Assembly: GCA_963782525.1 (NCBI GenBank)
Contig: CAWAKC010000003.1
Location: 288,001-352,000, forward strand
Length of the DNA stretch: 64,000 nucleotides
From: Candidatus Bathyarchaeota archaeon
GTDB taxonomy: Archaea; Thermoproteota; Bathyarchaeia; Bathyarchaeales; Bathycorpusculaceae
Direction of reading: 5' to 3'
Shown here piece by piece: positions 60,177-64,000 of this stretch. Numbering within the stretch: the first letter of the stretch is position 1; each line of letters starts with the position of its first letter. The notes beneath the pieces are model-generated. The model was not told the DNA's origin. It searched no databases and saw only the letters and a list, made by a program, of their open reading frames with translations. A program made the position numbers and the translations under genes.

Positions 60177-61805
60177 ATGGTTAAGTACATTTTCGTAACT
60201 GGCGGAGTACTTAGTTCGGTAGGCAAGGGCATCTTAACTTCCTCCATCGGCAAAATGCTGCAAGCAAGAGGATTAAAGCCAACGGTAGTTAAAATCGACC
60301 CTTACGTTAACATTGATGCGGGAACAATGAACCCGTACATGCACGGCGAAGTCTTCGTCACCGACGACGGCGGCGAAACCGACTTGGACCTCGGCTGGTA
60401 CGAACGATTCCTGGATTTAAGCCTAAAACAAGAAAATAACTTGACCACTGGAACAATATATCGATCAGTCATCGAGAAGGAACGCCACGGCGATTTTCTG
60501 GGTCGATGCGTACAGATTGTTCCTCATATAACTAATGAAATAAAAAACCGAATCCGAAACGCTGCAAAAATGGTGAACGCTGAAATTGTTCTCACAGAGG
60601 TCGGGGGCACAGTTGGCGACATTGAAGGATTACCCTTCTTGGAAGCGATACGCCAGATGCGTGTGGAAGAGGGCTACGAAAACACGCTCTATGTCCATGT
60701 TGCCTTGGTACCAATTTTAGATGTCACAGGAGAAATGAAAACTAAACCGCTCCAGCACAGCGTCAACGAACTTCGCCGCATCGGTATCCAGCCTGACACC
60801 ATAGTCGCTCGAAGCCCGCAAATGATTGATGCTGAAGCACTTAGAAAAATTGCACTGTTTGGCACCATACCTGAGAGCGCAGTTTTCTGCAGTTACAACG
60901 CTGAAACCGTCTATCAAGTTCCTCTTATCCTCGACAAGCAGGGTATGGGCGACTTTATCTGTCAACGTTTAGGTCTTAAATGTGAAGGCAAAGACTTCAG
61001 CCAATGGCAAGTCTTCGTTGATGGTATGGTTCATCCTGAGCATGAAGTAAAAATTGCGTTGGTAGGTAAATACGCTGGCTTATCTGACAGCTATGTTAGC
61101 ATGACTGAAGCGCTTAGGCATGGCGGTGCAGCATGCAAAACCAAAGTATGCATTTCCTATTTAGAAGCAGAAAAATTTGAACGCGAACCCCAATGCGTTA
61201 AAGACCTATCAAATTACGACGGCGTATTCGTTCCCTACGGTTTTGGTCCAAGAGGCACAGAAGGCAAAATAGCTGCTGCAAAGTATGCCCGAGAAAACGA
61301 CATACCATTTCTGGGGATATGCTATGGTTTCCAGTTAGCGGTCATCGAGTTTGCCCGAAACGTCTGCAGCTTAAAAGACGCCAACAGCACAGAAATCAAC
61401 CCTGACACACCCTACCCCGTTATCGATTTGATGCCTGAACAACGCGGAATAGAAAGCAAAGGTGCAACCATGCGTTTAGGTGCCCACAAAGTCGTACTGC
61501 AAAAAGGTTCTCTGGCGTATAATATGTTTGGGCAAGAAGAAATTCATGAACGCCACCGCCACCGCTTCGAAGTAAACCTCGACTACATCGAAGCCCTAAA
61601 AAACAATGGGTTACGTTTCACAGGAAAGAGCAGCGACGGCAGAAGAATGGAGACCCTTGAGCTACCTGACAAATACTTCTATTTTGCCAGTCAATTCCAT
61701 GGCGAATTCAAGAGCCGACCAGGAAGGCCTTCGCCTGAATACTCTGGGTTTATTCAAGCATGCATCAACAAACAGCTTGGGAAACCAAAAACCCCCATTT
61801 CCTAA
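60177..61805 (+). CDS. pyrG: CTP synthase
   Basis: '[16 protein letters not shown]', 'GICYGFQ', 'RHRHRFE', 'QFHGEF'. Confidence 0.97.
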   Translation: MVKYIFVTGGVLSSVGKGILTSSIGKMLQARGLKPTVVKIDPYVNIDAGTMNPYMHGEVFVTDDGGETDLDLGWYERFLDLSLKQENNLTTGTIYRSVIEKERHGDFLGRCVQIVPHITNEIKNRIRNAAKMVNAEIVLTEVGGTVGDIEGLPFLEAIRQMRVEEGYENTLYVHVALVPILDVTGEMKTKPLQHSVNELRRIGIQPDTIVARSPQMIDAEALRKIALFGTIPESAVFCSYNAETVYQVPLILDKQGMGDFICQRLGLKCEGKDFSQWQVFVDGMVHPEHEVKIALVGKYAGLSDSYVSMTEALRHGGAACKTKVCISYLEAEKFEREPQCVKDLSNYDGVFVPYGFGPRGTEGKIAAAKYARENDIPFLGICYGFQLAVIEFARNVCSLKDANSTEINPDTPYPVIDLMPEQRGIESKGATMRLGAHKVVLQKGSLAYNMFGQEEIHERHRHRFEVNLDYIEALKNNGLRFTGKSSDGRRMETLELPDKYFYFASQFHGEFKSRPGRPSPEYSGFIQACINKQLGKPKTPIS

Positions 61806-61873
61806 GAAAACTCACTTTACTAGAAAAGGCTATTATGCACAGTTGTATCTTCTGCTTAAAGGACCGATATAAA

Positions 61874-62164
61874 ATGGAACCTACTGGAAAAAGAGATTCA
61901 GACGCTTATAGCAAAAAAATGTCCGAAGCCAAAGATGAATTAACCCTTCTACAAGAAGAACTCAACAACGTCATCGTAAGGTTTGTTCTACGTGCACTGC
62001 GCGTTTACCAATCCACAAGACCCGAACCTTTGCGTGTTAACGAAATTGCGCTGCTTGGTCGAAACGAAATCAAAAATGTTTTGACCGACTTAAACGATCA
62101 AGCAAACACTGATAACCTTGCCAAGTTGGCTAAGGAAGCTTGGGCAAAAGAAGCTAAACAATAA
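61874..62164 (+). CDS. Hypothetical helical protein
   Basis: Likely start MEPTG at 61874; T-rich terminator follows. Confidence 0.6.
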   Translation: MEPTGKRDSDAYSKKMSEAKDELTLLQEELNNVIVRFVLRALRVYQSTRPEPLRVNEIALLGRNEIKNVLTDLNDQANTDNLAKLAKEAWAKEAKQ

Positions 62165-62263
62165 TTTTTCTTTCTTTTTCTTGTTTTATCTGCGCAGGAT
62201 ATTTTGCTTGGTTTTTAATATTTGGAAAAATTTGGTAAATAAAAAACTAAAGGTTGGAAGAAA

Positions 62264-62686
62264 TTATTTTCGGCGGCAGAATTCTTCCATTATCGACATC
62301 AATTTTGGAACCGCGTAGACGATTGCTCTATCATCGAGCAGGCCAACGAGTGCTCCAGCTTTGTCGACAACTGGTAAGTGCTTTATGTTCCAGTGCTTCA
62401 TTAGTTTAGCTGCTTCTTCAACAGTTGCGTTTTCATCGATAACGACGAGTGGGTTTGTGTAGACCATTCTTGCAATGACTGTTTTGAGTGGAACGTTCGC
62501 TTCAACTGCCCTGATCAAAACGTCTTTGACGGTGATGATTCCGGTTGGTTTCCCGCTTTGAACCACAAGGATTGCGTCTTTGTCGAATTTGTTCATGATT
62601 GCAACTACTTCTTGCATAACAGTGTTGTTGTTTACGACTTTAACATCTTTTTGCATGATGTCTTTTACAACGACATTACTTGCCAT
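62264..62686 (-). CDS. CBS-domain pair protein
   Basis: 'VKDIM', 'GIIT.KD', 'EAAKLM...IKHLPVVD..G.LVG'. Confidence 0.9.
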   Translation of the reverse strand: MASNVVVKDIMQKDVKVVNNNTVMQEVVAIMNKFDKDAILVVQSGKPTGIITVKDVLIRAVEANVPLKTVIARMVYTNPLVVIDENATVEEAAKLMKHWNIKHLPVVDKAGALVGLLDDRAIVYAVPKLMSIMEEFCRRK

Positions 62687-62919
62687 TTTTAATTTTCACC
62701 TATAACGCTATGACAGAAGCAGAGCTCATTTATCAATTTTTTGTTTATTACGCTTTTCCCTGGTGTGTTTGGATTGGCGGTGTCACGTTTTTTTAACAGA
62801 AGTTGTGACAGAAACCCTGCTATACCACAACAACAACCAAGCGGGCTTAGCTATGATTTTTTTCTGTAGCCCTCCATAAATACCCTTAACAAACACACAA
62901 ACAGTCTTGCAGCAACTAA

Positions 62920-63219
62920 GTCAAACGGCAGAATCCTCTGGAACTGTGCTATACCAGCGTTGTTTATCACTGCGGCAAACAGGTTGAGTACCTTCAAATG
63001 GGATGGACAATGTACGTTGTAAATATCAGCGGTGATTCCACGTTTATGTCTAACTCGGAAGTTGTTGCTTCACAAAGTCCCAGCCCAGTTACATCAGGTG
63101 GACCAACTCCAGCGCCAACTGTACCCGAGTTTACGGAATTAGTAATTTTGCCGTTGTTTGTATCTGCCCTGTTTGTAGCCGTGATTTTCAGGAATCGAAA
63201 ACAGCTAAAACAGGGTTAG
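62920..63219 (+). pseudogene. C-terminal remnant of a PEF-CTERM surface protein
   Basis: S/T/P linker, 'VPEF', TM helix, basic tail; no signal peptide; frame closed by TAA at 62917. Confidence 0.6.
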
Positions 63220-63288
63220 TAAAAACTAAACGCTGATTTAGTTAATCCTTAAAGGGTTGTTTCTTTTCTTTTTCTTGAAGGAACTATT

Positions 63289-63798
63289 TTGAGCAACAAC
63301 AAACCCAAACCAGCGGAATCTTTCGGCGCTAAACTGGACAAAGCAAAAGACTATGCTGAAGTCTGGAAAATCGTGAAGGAAACAGCTGAGTTTGCTGTTG
63401 GGAAGCGGAGGGATAGTATGATGTTGTTTTTGGATGATTTGCCCCTACAACTGGGCGCTTACTACCCCCTTGGAACCAACAACATCGTGCTGAACCGCGC
63501 GCTCGTGGACATCGTTGAGGCATCGATGAAGGATAAGCCCACGGTCAACGCCTTAATCTACAACCTGCTACTCCACGAATATCTCCATGCCCTCGGCGAA
63601 ATGTCAGAAACGGGCGTTCGGCGGGAAGTGATTGAAGTTGCAAAGAAAAGCTTCGGAGAAACCCACATCGCTTCAGTTGTCGCCTGCAAATCGCCTTGGG
63701 TTCTGCTCAAAGATATTCCGCTCGGACCCTACAATGCGCCGAAACGTGTAATGGAGATTGTTCGGGATTTTGAGAAGTCGGGCAGGTACATAGTTTAG
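63289..63798 (+). CDS. HExxH zincin-like hypothetical protein
   Basis: 'GAYYP..NNIVLN...LLHEYLHALG..E'. Confidence 0.75.
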   Translation: MSNNKPKPAESFGAKLDKAKDYAEVWKIVKETAEFAVGKRRDSMMLFLDDLPLQLGAYYPLGTNNIVLNRALVDIVEASMKDKPTVNALIYNLLLHEYLHALGEMSETGVRREVIEVAKKSFGETHIASVVACKSPWVLLKDIPLGPYNAPKRVMEIVRDFEKSGRYIV

Positions 63799-64000
63799 GG
63801 TTTGTTGGGTTTTAGGGTTGGATGTTTCCGTTGAGTGGTGGGTTTGCGAAGGTATGTATTGTTGATTCGTGAATCCATGCGTCGGGGTTTTGGTATTTAA
63901 CTAATGGAGTGATTTTTCTGTGTATTTCTGTTTGTTTTAGTTCCAGAGAGTACATGATGTCAATGAGGGTTCCTCGGTGTTTTATTTTTTCTTCAATAAA

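Noticed and set aside
1-64000. Genome-wide reassignment of TAG to an amino acid
   Set aside because: dnaK, tiaS, padR (13456), Lrp (58084) and others end at TAG at their expected C-termini, so TAG functions as a stop; only partial read-through remains possible

Overview
This is archaeal chromosomal DNA, most consistent with Ca. Bathyarchaeia (TACK): it carries a Cren7-like chromatin protein, CdvB/ESCRT-III, TFB, TiaS, archaeal-type AlaS, TrmI, a PEF-CTERM motif and GGAGG/GAGGTGA ribosome-binding sites. Intact housekeeping genes (dnaJ, grpE-dnaK, alaS, tiaS, pyrG, acs, satP-like, P-type ATPase, trmI, rubrerythrin) are interspersed with accessory membrane/surface genes, regulators (ArsR, 3 PadR, wHTH, 3 Lrp/AsnC) and many unannotated Cys-rich microproteins. 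Mobile DNA comprises the left end and tnpA of an IS200/IS605 element at the window edge, a complete IS1182-like element (18452-20127, ATTA target duplication) splitting a CheB-CheR-PAS-histidine kinase gene, and a 131-bp MITE with matching ends (25057-25187, ATTT duplication). Leads worth follow-up: three genes each interrupted by one in-frame TAG; a set of long intergenic hairpins with C/U-rich (anti-SD-like) loops; a Grs/Gms-like B12 radical SAM candidate for tetraether lipid modification; a C4C4 RING-like microprotein; an acidic EEEW micropeptide; a poly-Cys microsatellite ORF; a fasciclin-C2H2-YegP fusion; and candidate operators. No rRNA, tRNA or CRISPR array was recognised. All family calls come from motif recognition by eye, not database searches.
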